Shown in pieces: positions 40,400-49,478 of a DNA stretch of 64,000 nt. The translations under genes were made by a program, and so were the position numbers. The stretch covers positions 3,335-67,334 of the forward strand of contig JACVCJ010000005.1 in the NCBI GenBank assembly GCA_016742095.1. Reading direction: 5' to 3'. Within the stretch, counting starts at the first letter, position 1, and the number at the start of each line of letters is the position of its first letter. This DNA is from Bacteroidia bacterium. Its GTDB lineage: Bacteria > Bacteroidota > Bacteroidia > CAIKAF01. The notes below the pieces were generated by a model. It ran no database searches and had not been told where the DNA came from. It saw nothing but the letters and a program-made list of their open reading frames with translations.

Positions 40400-40825
40400 A
40401 TGAACCAGAGCAGAAGAAATTTCCTGAGTGCGGCCTGTACGCTGTGTGCGGCCGCTGTACTTGCCCCGGCGGCGCTGGCGGCGGTAAATGAAGAGGACGA
40501 TGACAAAAAACCAAAGCTGAAGGTAGAAGACGGTAAGGTACTGATCCCGGCCGCCCTGATCGCGGAAAAGCTGAATTCATTCAAGGTAAAGGGATTACCG
40601 CGGCCCCTGCTGCTGATCAAAAATCCCGATGCGTACGATGCCTACCTGCTTAAATGTACGCACATGGGCGTAGCCGTGAAGATCGACGGCGACGAACTGG
40701 CCTGTCCGGCGCACGGCAGCCGCTTCAACCTGCAGGGCGGCGTTATAAAAGGGCCTGCAAAAGAGCCGCTTACCCGCTATAAAGTAAATGTCGTTACAGA
40801 TGGGGTAGAAGTGATTGTTGCGTAG
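40400..40825 (+). CDS. Tat-exported Rieske [2Fe-2S] domain protein.
   Basis: The twin-arginine signal is SRRNFLSAA. The Rieske boxes are CTHMG and CPAHGSRF. Confidence 0.8.
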   Translation: MNQSRRNFLSAACTLCAAAVLAPAALAAVNEEDDDKKPKLKVEDGKVLIPAALIAEKLNSFKVKGLPRPLLLIKNPDAYDAYLLKCTHMGVAVKIDGDELACPAHGSRFNLQGGVIKGPAKEPLTRYKVNVVTDGVEVIVA

Positions 40826-40854
40826 TATTCGCATCTATTGCCTACCTTTGCAGC

Positions 40855-41907
40855 ATGCTTTTACGTACGGATAAGCCCAATATACGATCCTATGCGCTCG
40901 ACGACCTGCGCGCCTTTTTCGAGGAAAAGGGCGAAAAGGCCTTCCGGGCCAACCAGGTTTTTCAGTGGGTATGGCAGAAACATGCCAAGTCCTTCGGGGA
41001 TATGACCAATCTCGGGAAGGACCTGCGCGCCTTTCTGCAGGAGCATTTCCTGATCACCGAACTGGATGTGCTCAGCGAGCAGCACAGCAACGACGGCACC
41101 GTAAAATCGGCCTTTTCCCTGAGCGATGGCAAAGTGGTGGAAGGCGTACTGATACCGGCCGACAGCCGCATGACCGCCTGCATCAGCTCGCAGGTGGGTT
41201 GTAGCCTCGACTGTAAATTCTGCGCCACGGCACAGCTTAAAATGATGCGCAACCTGAACCCGGACGAGATCTACGACCAGGTGGTGGCCATCAGCCGGCA
41301 GGCAGACCAGAAATTCGGGCAGCCGCTCAGCAATATCGTGTTCATGGGCATGGGCGAGCCCCTGCTCAACTTCAAGAATGTAAGCACGGCCATACAGCAC
41401 ATTATGAGCGAACAGGGCCTGGGTATGAGCTACAAACGCATTACCGTTTCTACCAGCGGGGTGGCCAAAATGATCCGCCGCCTGGGCGAAGACCGGGTAA
41501 AATACCGCCTGGCCATCAGTCTGCACGCAGCCGACAATGAAAAACGCAGTCAGATCATGAGCATCAATAACACCAATCCGCTCGAGGACCTGGCCGATGC
41601 CCTGAAGTTTTACTATGCGGAAACAGGCAGCCCGGTCACCTACGAGTACATCCTGTTCAGGGATTTTAACGACAGTGAGGAAGATGCCCGCAACCTGATA
41701 CGTTTTTCGAAACACGTTCCGTCCAAGATCAACATTATTGAATACAACCCGGTAGAAGGCAGTCCCTTCCGGCAGACCGACCCCGAGCGCCTGGAGCGCT
41801 TCCGCCGCCTGCTCGAGAACGCCGGCATTACGGCCACCGTACGCCGCAGTCGCGGTAAAGACATCGATGCGGCCTGCGGACAACTGGCCAACAAAACAGC
41901 TTCCTGA
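40855..41907 (+). CDS. rlmN: 23S rRNA (adenine2503-C2)/tRNA methyltransferase RlmN (radical SAM).
   Basis: The CSLDCKFC motif and the second conserved Cys region (DIDAACGQL) are present. The protein is 350 aa. Confidence 0.85.
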   Translation: MLLRTDKPNIRSYALDDLRAFFEEKGEKAFRANQVFQWVWQKHAKSFGDMTNLGKDLRAFLQEHFLITELDVLSEQHSNDGTVKSAFSLSDGKVVEGVLIPADSRMTACISSQVGCSLDCKFCATAQLKMMRNLNPDEIYDQVVAISRQADQKFGQPLSNIVFMGMGEPLLNFKNVSTAIQHIMSEQGLGMSYKRITVSTSGVAKMIRRLGEDRVKYRLAISLHAADNEKRSQIMSINNTNPLEDLADALKFYYAETGSPVTYEYILFRDFNDSEEDARNLIRFSKHVPSKINIIEYNPVEGSPFRQTDPERLERFRRLLENAGITATVRRSRGKDIDAACGQLANKTAS

Positions 41908-41919
41908 CAACAGAACCCT

Positions 41920-42762
41920 ATGAAAAATATCCTTTTTGTACTGCTTTTCTTTATCCTCGGTGCCCCTCTTATGGCTCAGAATTACGGCGACACTCTGGTG
42001 CTCTTTGAGAAAAAACAGGTGGTATACCTGTTCGGCGACAGCATCAATGTACGCAAAACGCCGGGTACCGACGGCGCTGTGATCACCCGCCTGCCCATCG
42101 GTACACGGGTTACCATACTCGAAAAAAGCAAAGAGGTCTCCCGCATCAACAACATACTGATGCCCTGGTACCTGGTAGAATTCAACGGGAAACAGAAAGG
42201 CTATATCTGGGGCGGCAAACTGGCCCTGAATTCCTTCCGCAGCAACAAGAACCCGGATATCGCCTTCCATTTCGGCATCGACAAAAGAAGCAATGAGGAC
42301 GGCGCTTATGCCGAGTTCCAGATACGGGTGGAAAAGAACCACAAAGAACTGCAGCGTCTTAATTTCCAGGCCTTCGGTACGGAATACAAGCGCCACGTGT
42401 GCAGTAATATTTCCAACAAGGGTCTCAGCGGGGTAGACGATATTCTGCAGGTGGACGGCTACGGAGAGTTTTGCGGCGATGACGGCGGTGCTGTGATCTT
42501 TTTCTGGACCGGCACGGAACTGATCTACGTAGACCGGCTTTCCGATTCTGTGGACGGTGCCTACTTTGCCCGGGAGTTCTTTGTATACCCGTCTGATATG
42601 CAGGGTGAAAAGGAAACCGTGATCAAAAAGCTACAGGCGGGCGAGATCCTGTTCGAAGAAGGACAGAATGTAGCCACCTGGGACAGCTACAACGTGGTGT
42701 ACGAAAAAGATGAAACCACCCGCCTGCGCTGGGACGGTAAAAAACTACAACCTAAAAAATAA
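41920..42762 (+). CDS. Hypothetical secreted protein with an SH3b-like N-terminal domain.
   Basis: A signal peptide is followed by the 'INVRKTPGTDGAVITRLPIGTRVTILEK' pattern typical of bacterial SH3 domains. Confidence 0.45.
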   Translation: MKNILFVLLFFILGAPLMAQNYGDTLVLFEKKQVVYLFGDSINVRKTPGTDGAVITRLPIGTRVTILEKSKEVSRINNILMPWYLVEFNGKQKGYIWGGKLALNSFRSNKNPDIAFHFGIDKRSNEDGAYAEFQIRVEKNHKELQRLNFQAFGTEYKRHVCSNISNKGLSGVDDILQVDGYGEFCGDDGGAVIFFWTGTELIYVDRLSDSVDGAYFAREFFVYPSDMQGEKETVIKKLQAGEILFEEGQNVATWDSYNVVYEKDETTRLRWDGKKLQPKK

Positions 42763-42769
42763 ACCTTCT

Positions 42770-43312
42770 TTGAAAAACACCTACAGCTTCCGGCTCAGCG
42801 AGGACGATTTTCTTGTGTATACCCTGTACAACGCCTCTACATCGCGCATGGTGCGCCGCCGCCGTATACGTATGCGCTGGGTGGTATCGGTACTGTACAT
42901 CGGCATGGGCGCCTGGCTCAGCCTGGCCCGGGAAGTACGTGTGGGCGGAATTGTATTTGCCGCCTTCGGACTGCTCTGGCTGCTGTTTTACCCGCGCTAC
43001 AGCGCCTGGCGCTACAAAAGGACCTATCGCCGCATTGTGCGTGAACAGACCCGGGACCGCGTGAACAAGACCTACGATATGGAATTGGGCGCCGAACAGC
43101 TGCTGGTCCGCAACGAGAGTTCCGAATCGAAAATAAGCTACAGCGGCATCAGTGAAGTGGTGGTGCTCAGCGACTATTTCCTGCTGATACTGAAAGAACG
43201 ATCGGGCCTGGTGGTTCCCCGCCGCGATGTGCCTGAACCCGGAGCCTTCCTGGATCTTTTCCGCGAAAAAGGCGTGAGCGTTCAGCTGCACGAGGACTGG
43301 CGCTGGAAATAA
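42770..43312 (+). CDS. YcxB-like membrane protein.
   Basis: The protein has two central transmembrane helices flanked by soluble halves. I chose a TTG start just after the upstream stop; the ORF track's alternative ATG at 42710 would overlap the upstream gene by 53 nt. Confidence 0.45.
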   Translation: MKNTYSFRLSEDDFLVYTLYNASTSRMVRRRRIRMRWVVSVLYIGMGAWLSLAREVRVGGIVFAAFGLLWLLFYPRYSAWRYKRTYRRIVREQTRDRVNKTYDMELGAEQLLVRNESSESKISYSGISEVVVLSDYFLLILKERSGLVVPRRDVPEPGAFLDLFREKGVSVQLHEDWRWK

Positions 43313-43377
43313 AAAACGCTGCGGAATAAAGGCGGAATGCCGTACATTTGATCTGTAAAAAACCACCATGCTGCCGT

Positions 43378-44244
43378 ATGATAGCCTATAATCCCAAAGA
43401 CTGGTTCTTTTTTATCTTCCGCTTTCACAAGACGGATACCTTTCGTACCCTGCTTCCGCTGATGGCGGCCATTGGCGGGTATTCCTGGCTTGTTGCCTAC
43501 CTGGAACTGGAATATTGGCAGCTTTCGGCAAATAATGCGCTCAAAAACCTGCCCATTATGCATACCACACTCACTTTTGTGATCTCGCTGCTGCTGGTGT
43601 TCCGCACCAATACGGCCTATGACCGCTGGTGGGAAGGACGCAGGCTCTGGGGCAGCCTCGTGAACAGCAGCCGCAATTTTGCACTGAAACTGGGCGCCAT
43701 GCTCAGCGAAGAACAGGACCGGCAGTATTTCCGCCGTGTTATCCCGGCCTATGCTTCCATCCTGAACAAACACCTTAAAAATGAGGAAACCGGCAAAACC
43801 CTGTTCGACGAGTTCGACCTGCGCATCGAAGAGCACCATAAACATGCCCCTAACCAGGTGGCCCGCATGATGTACCAGAAAGTACAGGAACTGTATGCTA
43901 CGGGCAAGATCAGCGGCGAACAGCTTATTGTACTCAACGGACAGTTAGAGTCTTTTACCGATATATGCGGCGCCTGCGAACGGATCAAAAACACGCCGAT
44001 CCCGTTCTCGTACAGTTCATTCATTAAAAGATTCATCTTTTTCTACATCATGAGCCTGCCCTTTGGCTATGTATTCAGCCTGGGCTATTATGTGATACCC
44101 GTGGTGGTATTCATTTTTTACGTGCTGGCCAGCCTGGAGCTGATCGCAGAAGAGATCGAAGACCCTTTCGGGAACGATGGCAATGACCTGCCCACGGAGA
44201 AGATCGCGGCCAATATTAAAATTCACGTTTCGGAAATTTTATAA
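43378..44244 (+). CDS. Bestrophin-family (UPF0187/YneE) ion channel.
   Basis: It has the bestrophin topology (about four transmembrane helices), the RTNTAYDRWWEGRRLW motif, and a C-terminal acidic region. Confidence 0.7.
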   Translation: MIAYNPKDWFFFIFRFHKTDTFRTLLPLMAAIGGYSWLVAYLELEYWQLSANNALKNLPIMHTTLTFVISLLLVFRTNTAYDRWWEGRRLWGSLVNSSRNFALKLGAMLSEEQDRQYFRRVIPAYASILNKHLKNEETGKTLFDEFDLRIEEHHKHAPNQVARMMYQKVQELYATGKISGEQLIVLNGQLESFTDICGACERIKNTPIPFSYSSFIKRFIFFYIMSLPFGYVFSLGYYVIPVVVFIFYVLASLELIAEEIEDPFGNDGNDLPTEKIAANIKIHVSEIL

Positions 44245-44446
44245 ACGCTCTATACAGTAGAGCCTTTTCTGCCGTTCATAGAGAACTAAAAGCCTCAAAA
44301 TGATATTTTCCCTCCTTCTTTCAGCGGGCCTTTGTGCCTTCGCTCCGGCACCGGAAGATACCGTTTCGTTCCGCACGCTGTTTTACAACGATCAGCAGAT
44401 CTATTAAAGGTACAGAATACCTGTATGCTTCCGGGCGGAAAGGAAC

Positions 44447-44656
44447 TTACTCTGCCTTCTTGATCGAAAGCGCGCCCGAAGGGCATTTATGCACCTGTTC
44501 CACAATGCGGTCACGGGTATCGCTCTCGGGATGGATCCAGGGCACTTCGACCGGCCGGAACACATTCGGAAGTCCGCGTACACAGACCCCGGAGTGAATA
44601 CACTTCTTGTTGTTCCAGACAACAAAAACATCGTCTTTGCGATATTCTTTGATCAT
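44447..44656 (-). CDS. Small divergent 4Fe-4S mono-cluster-type protein.
   Basis: The 69-aa protein has a Cys pattern C-x4-C...C (CIHSGVCVRG...HKCPSGA). Confidence 0.45.
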   Translation of the reverse strand: MIKEYRKDDVFVVWNNKKCIHSGVCVRGLPNVFRPVEVPWIHPESDTRDRIVEQVHKCPSGALSIKKAE

Positions 44657-45094
44657 AAGGCACTGTTTTATCCTTGAAATTTAGTGAATTTCCGGCCTTG
44701 TTGTCCGCTCTTAGCAAATTTTAAGCCCCCGCGCAGAAAAGGAACACGACTTCCGGTCGCTCCTGAAGATCGGTTCGCGGGAAATGTGCCTGCTTTTCAT
44801 AGAAAACCAGTGCAGTGTGAGCCGCTTCCGCTTTCCCAGGCGGGTTCGCAAAAAACGACAGGCAAAGAAGCAGAATTTCTGTATACAGAACGAATTAATA
44901 TACAAAAAATGAATGAATTACACATCATTCTTGCGACGAATTACATAAATACCTACCTTTATTCCATTAAGATCTCTTTATAAATAGCACGACAGGTTTG
45001 TATGTATCCGGCATAAAAAGCCCGGGGTATCTGGTCGTGCGCTGCGTTTCACGATCCTTTTTTCTACATTTTTAAATTTATAGAGAGAACAATC

Positions 45095-45733
45095 ATGTAT
45101 TCTACAGATAAAATAGCCCTGCTGGGCGCGACCGGTAAATCCGGCACCTATGTATTGCGCGAAGTACTGCGTGCGGGGTATCCCTGCCGCCTGCTGCTGC
45201 GCGATCCTTCAAAATTACAGGAAACACATCCGCTTATCGAAGTGGTACAGGGCGATGCCCGCGACCCGGAAGCCCTGCTGCACCTGCTGAAAGGCTGTAC
45301 GGCCGTGCTGAGTACCCTGGGTCAGCCCGCCGGGGAATCTTCCATTTTTAGTACGGCTACCCGAAATGTGCTCCAGGCGATGGAACGGCACGGTATCCGG
45401 CGTTATATTGTAACTACGGGCCTCAGTGTGGACCTGCCCGGCGACGAAAAAGAGCCCGCCGTACAGCAGGCCACGGACTGGATGAAACAGCATTACCCGG
45501 AGACCACTTTCGACAAGCAGAAAGAGTACGAAGTGCTGGCTGCAAGCGGGGTACAGTGGACCCTGGTACGCCTGCCGCTCATAGACCTTACGGGCGATCC
45601 GGGGCAGTTGCAGACCGATCTGCATCACTGTCCCTGGCCCCGGGTGAGCGCTTCGGGACTGGCGCAGTTCCTGCTGCGGCAGCTGAAGGAAAGTACCTGG
45701 CATCAGAAAGCGCCCTTTGCGGGCAATCTATAA
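45095..45733 (+). CDS. NAD(P)H-binding NmrA/SDR-like oxidoreductase.
   Basis: The N-terminal Rossmann motif is LLGATGKSG. The protein is 212 aa. Confidence 0.7.
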   Translation: MYSTDKIALLGATGKSGTYVLREVLRAGYPCRLLLRDPSKLQETHPLIEVVQGDARDPEALLHLLKGCTAVLSTLGQPAGESSIFSTATRNVLQAMERHGIRRYIVTTGLSVDLPGDEKEPAVQQATDWMKQHYPETTFDKQKEYEVLAASGVQWTLVRLPLIDLTGDPGQLQTDLHHCPWPRVSASGLAQFLLRQLKESTWHQKAPFAGNL

Positions 45734-45738
45734 GACAG

Positions 45739-45771
45739 AAAGGCGGGCATAACAACCCGCCTTTGTTTGTT
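45739..45771 (+). terminator. Rho-independent terminator.
   Basis: AAAGGCGGGCATAACAACCCGCCTTTG forms a 9-bp stem followed by TTTGTT. Confidence 0.6.
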
Positions 45772-45785
45772 ACCCGGCCGTAAAA

Positions 45786-45799
45786 CTGATATAAATCAT
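45786..45799. promoter_or_regulatory. FNR/CRP-type palindrome cTGAT-ATAA-ATCAt, about 80 bp upstream of ccoS and the cbb3 operon.
   Basis: The half-sites TGAT and ATCA are separated by 4 bp, which matches the core of the TTGAT-N4-ATCAA FNR consensus. A Crp/Fnr-family regulator is encoded at 53231–53845. Confidence 0.4.
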
Positions 45800-45878
45800 A
45801 TTTACGGCTGATCTTTCTCATGCCCCGCCGCCGCAGAGCATCGCACCTTTGAGGTGTCAAACAAACATCTACCCGTTT

Positions 45879-46052
45879 ATGGAGGCACTTTTCATTCTCA
45901 TCGGCTTTAGTGTGGCGGTGGCCATACTGTTTCTAACCCTGTTCATACGCGCGGTCCGTGCCGGTCAGTACGACGATCCCCGTTCACCCGGCACCCGCAT
46001 CCTGGACGCTCCTCGTCCGCCGAAAACAAAACAATCTAATCCCCGCGCCTAA
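45879..46052 (+). CDS. ccoS: cbb3-type cytochrome oxidase maturation protein CcoS (FixS).
   Basis: It starts MEALFILIGFSVAVAILFL and has a single transmembrane helix followed by RAVRAGQYDD. It sits directly upstream of ccoN. Confidence 0.65.
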   Translation: MEALFILIGFSVAVAILFLTLFIRAVRAGQYDDPRSPGTRILDAPRPPKTKQSNPRA

Positions 46053-46055
46053 GAC

Positions 46056-48221
46056 ATGGAAATTCAAAAGTTTAAGTACGACAACCGTATTGTCAGCCTT
46101 TTCGCTTTCGCTACCATGTTGTGGGCCCTGGTGGGCATGCTGGTGGGCGTTATCGTGGCCTTCCAGATCTTTAACCCGGGTTTTGTACACTCGGAATACA
46201 GCACGTTCGGCCGCCTGCGTCCCCTGCATACCAATGCGGTGATCTTTGCCTTTGTGGGCAACGGTATCTTTATGGGATATTATTACTCCATACAGCGCCT
46301 GCTCAAGGCCCGCATGTGGAGCAATATGCTGAGCCGGGTCCACTTCTGGGGCTGGCAGCTCATTATCGTGGCCGCCGCCATTACGCTACCCCTCGGTTAC
46401 ACCACCTCTAAAGAATACGCCGAACTGGAATGGCCCATCGACATTGCCATTACCCTTATCTGGGTCATTTTCGGCCTCAACATGATCATGACCATCCTGC
46501 GCCGCCGCGAACGGCACCTGTACGTGGCCATCTGGTTCTACATAGCCACTTTTGTTACGGTGGCCGTGCTGCACGTGGTGAACTCCTTTGAACTGCCGGT
46601 GGAACTCTTTAAAAGCTATTCGGTATACGCCGGCGTGCAGGACGCCCTGGTGCAATGGTGGTACGGGCACAATGCCGTGGCCTTTTTCCTCACCACACCC
46701 TACCTGGGACTCATGTACTATTACATTCCCAAAGCGGTGAACCGCCCCGTATATTCCTATAAACTTTCCATCATACACTTCTGGGCCCTCATTTTTATTT
46801 ACATCTGGGCGGGCCCGCACCACCTGCTGTATTCCACCCTGCCCGACTGGGCGCAGAGCCTGGGCACGGTGTTCTCCATTATGCTTATTGCGCCGTCCTG
46901 GGGCGGTATGATCAACGGTCTTCTTACCCTGCGCGGCGCCTGGGACCGGGTGCGCGACGATGCTACGCTCAAGTTCTTCGTGGTAGCGGTTACGGCCTAT
47001 GGTATGGCCACCTTCGAAGGGCCTCTGCTCTCCCTGAAACAGATCAATGCCATCAGTCACTTTACCGACTGGACCATTGCCCACGTACACGTAGGCGGAC
47101 TGGGCTGGAACGGTATGCTTACCTTCGGTATCCTGTACTGGCTGATCCCGCGCCTGTATAAGACCGAACTTTTCTCTAAAAAACTGGCCAATGCCCACTT
47201 CTGGATCGCTACGCTGGGTATTCTGCTCTATGCCGTTCCCATGTACTGGGCGGGCTTTACACAGCATTCCATGTGGCAGGACTTTACCGAGGCCGGTACG
47301 CTGAAATACCCCGAATTCCTTACGACCGTTACCAATCTTAAAAACCTGTACGCCCTGCGGGCCATCGGCGGAACCCTGTACCTGGGCGGAGCCATTATGA
47401 TGGTGTACAACCTGGTACGCACGGTACGTGCCGGTAGCCTGGAGCGTGAAGAGGAAGCCAGCGCACCTGCCCTGGAGAAAGCATACGCGGGCCATGCCGG
47501 CGAACACTGGCACCGCTGGATCGAACGCCGCCCCGTGCAGCTTACCATCTTTGCCACCGTTGCCATCCTCATCGGCGGACTTATTGAAATGGTGCCCACC
47601 TTTATGGTAAAGAGCAATGTACCGACCATTGCCTCCGTAAAACCCTATACCCCGCTCGAACTACAGGGCCGCGACCTGTACATCCGCGAGGGTTGTGTGG
47701 GTTGTCACTCCCAGCTGGTACGACCTTTCCGGCACGAGACCGTGCGCTACAAGGGCGAATATTCCAAAAGCGGGGAATACGTGTACGACCACCCCTTCCT
47801 CTGGGGCAGTAAGCGTACCGGGCCCGATCTGCAGCGCGTAGGCGCCAAATACCTGCACAGCTGGCACTATTTCCACATGGCCAACCCCGACGATATCTCC
47901 AAAGGCTCGCTGATGCCGGCGTATCCCTGGCTTTTTACCAATGATCTGGATACTTCGAAGACCGCGGCCAAGATACGCGCCATGCAGTCGCTGGGCGTGC
48001 CTTACCCCGAGGGCTACGACGCAAGGGCCAATGCCGATCTGCAGAAACAGGCCGGCGAAATTGCCGAAAACCTGCTGCAGGATAAAAGCGTACGCTACGA
48101 TTTTGCCGAACGCAGCAGCGACAACCTGGCCGACAAGGAAATTATAGCCCTCATTGCCTACCTGCAACGCCTGGGCACCGATATTAAAGTAAAAACGGAA
48201 GAAGTTGCCGTAAAACCTTAA
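46056..48221 (+). CDS. ccoNO: Cytochrome c oxidase cbb3-type, subunits I and II fused (CcoNO).
   Basis: The 721-aa protein has a heme-copper oxidase subunit I transmembrane core with conserved His residues. A C-terminal mono-heme cytochrome c domain (CVGCHSQ) follows. Confidence 0.9.
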   Translation: MEIQKFKYDNRIVSLFAFATMLWALVGMLVGVIVAFQIFNPGFVHSEYSTFGRLRPLHTNAVIFAFVGNGIFMGYYYSIQRLLKARMWSNMLSRVHFWGWQLIIVAAAITLPLGYTTSKEYAELEWPIDIAITLIWVIFGLNMIMTILRRRERHLYVAIWFYIATFVTVAVLHVVNSFELPVELFKSYSVYAGVQDALVQWWYGHNAVAFFLTTPYLGLMYYYIPKAVNRPVYSYKLSIIHFWALIFIYIWAGPHHLLYSTLPDWAQSLGTVFSIMLIAPSWGGMINGLLTLRGAWDRVRDDATLKFFVVAVTAYGMATFEGPLLSLKQINAISHFTDWTIAHVHVGGLGWNGMLTFGILYWLIPRLYKTELFSKKLANAHFWIATLGILLYAVPMYWAGFTQHSMWQDFTEAGTLKYPEFLTTVTNLKNLYALRAIGGTLYLGGAIMMVYNLVRTVRAGSLEREEEASAPALEKAYAGHAGEHWHRWIERRPVQLTIFATVAILIGGLIEMVPTFMVKSNVPTIASVKPYTPLELQGRDLYIREGCVGCHSQLVRPFRHETVRYKGEYSKSGEYVYDHPFLWGSKRTGPDLQRVGAKYLHSWHYFHMANPDDISKGSLMPAYPWLFTNDLDTSKTAAKIRAMQSLGVPYPEGYDARANADLQKQAGEIAENLLQDKSVRYDFAERSSDNLADKEIIALIAYLQRLGTDIKVKTEEVAVKP

Positions 48222-48232
48222 AATAACGAGTT

Positions 48233-48439
48233 ATGCTAAAAAACATCAAATATTACCTGGACGGCAGCGGTATCGACTGGATGGGCATTTTTTCGCTCGG
48301 CGTCTTCTTTATATTCTTCCTGGTATTGCTGGTATACGTGCTGTACATGAAAAAAGACAGTGTGGAAGAGATACGTAACATCCCGCTGCAGGGCGATCCT
48401 GCGGCACAATCAAACCGAACGCCTCATGAGAACCAATAA
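48233..48439 (+). CDS. ccoQ: cbb3 oxidase small subunit CcoQ-like.
   Basis: The 68-aa single-TM protein sits between ccoNO and ccoP. Confidence 0.55.
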   Translation: MLKNIKYYLDGSGIDWMGIFSLGVFFIFFLVLLVYVLYMKKDSVEEIRNIPLQGDPAAQSNRTPHENQ

Positions 48440-49433
48440 ATACCTTTTCGGGAAACTCCCTCTGACTAAGGGAATCATGGCATGGGCAGCGGTCGCTGTA
48501 ATTCCACTGGGTAGAGCGGAAAACCCGGCGGCCGCAGCTGCCCCTGCCGAAAACCCGGCCCACCGTTTCGACTGGATGCTGAACATAAGCCTCGAAGAAG
48601 TACTGCTCTTTATCCTGCTGGCCTTCCTGGTGCTGATCATGCTCTATTTTGTGCAGGTGATCAATTCCCTGCTGAAGTTGCTGAAGGGCGAGACCGATAA
48701 GATCATTAACACACAGGGCGTGGTTACCGCCGCTCCTGCCCCGAAACGGAAAACGGCCTATTCACAGATCCTGAAGGCGCTTACCCGCGCCCGCGCCGTG
48801 GAAGAGGAAAAAGACATCCTGCTCGACCACGATTACGACGGCATCAAAGAACTCGATAACAGTCTGCCGCCCTGGTGGAAGTGGATGTTCTACATCTGCA
48901 TCGTATGGTCCCTGTTTTACCTGGTGAACTACCACATTGTACCCATCTGGAACTCCGGTGTGCTGCAGGATGCAGAATATACCGCCGAAATAGAGGAAGG
49001 CAAACGCCAGCTGGCCGAATACAAGAAAAAAGCGGCCGATTTCGTAGACGAGAACACGGTGACCATGCCGCAGGACAAAGCCGTAATTGCCAAAGGAAAA
49101 GCGAAATTCGACGAAGTGTGTGCCGCCTGCCACGGCGCACAGGGCCAGGGCGATGTAGGCCCCAACCTCAGCGACGACTACTGGCTGCACGGCGGCGATA
49201 TCAAAGACATTTTCAAGACCATTAAGTACGGCGTACCCGAAAAAGGGATGATCAGCTGGCAGGACCAGCTCAAGGCCAGCGAAATGCAGGCCCTGGCCGG
49301 GTATATTCTTACGCTGCGCGGAACCGATCCGCCCAACCCTAAAGAGCCGCAGGGTGACCTCTATACCCCTGCGGCCTCTGACTCCCTACAACCGGCTGCC
49401 GATACCGTAAAGGTGGCCGCGAACGACATATGA
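48426..49433 (+). CDS. ccoP: Cytochrome c oxidase cbb3-type subunit III (CcoP).
   Basis: It has a transmembrane helix and a CAACHG heme c motif. Only one CxxCH is visible in the clearly aligned part. Confidence 0.75.
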   Translation: MRTNKYLFGKLPLTKGIMAWAAVAVIPLGRAENPAAAAAPAENPAHRFDWMLNISLEEVLLFILLAFLVLIMLYFVQVINSLLKLLKGETDKIINTQGVVTAAPAPKRKTAYSQILKALTRARAVEEEKDILLDHDYDGIKELDNSLPPWWKWMFYICIVWSLFYLVNYHIVPIWNSGVLQDAEYTAEIEEGKRQLAEYKKKAADFVDENTVTMPQDKAVIAKGKAKFDEVCAACHGAQGQGDVGPNLSDDYWLHGGDIKDIFKTIKYGVPEKGMISWQDQLKASEMQALAGYILTLRGTDPPNPKEPQGDLYTPAASDSLQPAADTVKVAANDI

Positions 49434-49478
49434 CAGACAGACCGGGGACTGCCGTAACTACGGAGTCCCCGATCATTT

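Noticed and set aside
40861-42396. A 511-aa minus-strand ORF across rlmN and the SH3-like gene.
   Set aside because: Both plus-strand genes are well supported (radical SAM motif; signal peptide). The antisense ORF spans two genes and an intergenic gap, which is implausible for a real gene.
44300-44407. A 35-aa ORF (MIFSLLLSAGLCAFAPAPEDTVSFRTLFYNDQQIY) with a signal-like N-terminus in the gap after the bestrophin gene.
   Set aside because: It is very short, lacks obvious promoter or RBS context, and overlaps the 3' region of the convergent 4Fe-4S gene. I cannot support it without conservation data.
46386-47513. A 375-aa minus-strand ORF inside ccoNO.
   Set aside because: The plus strand encodes the heme-copper oxidase core.
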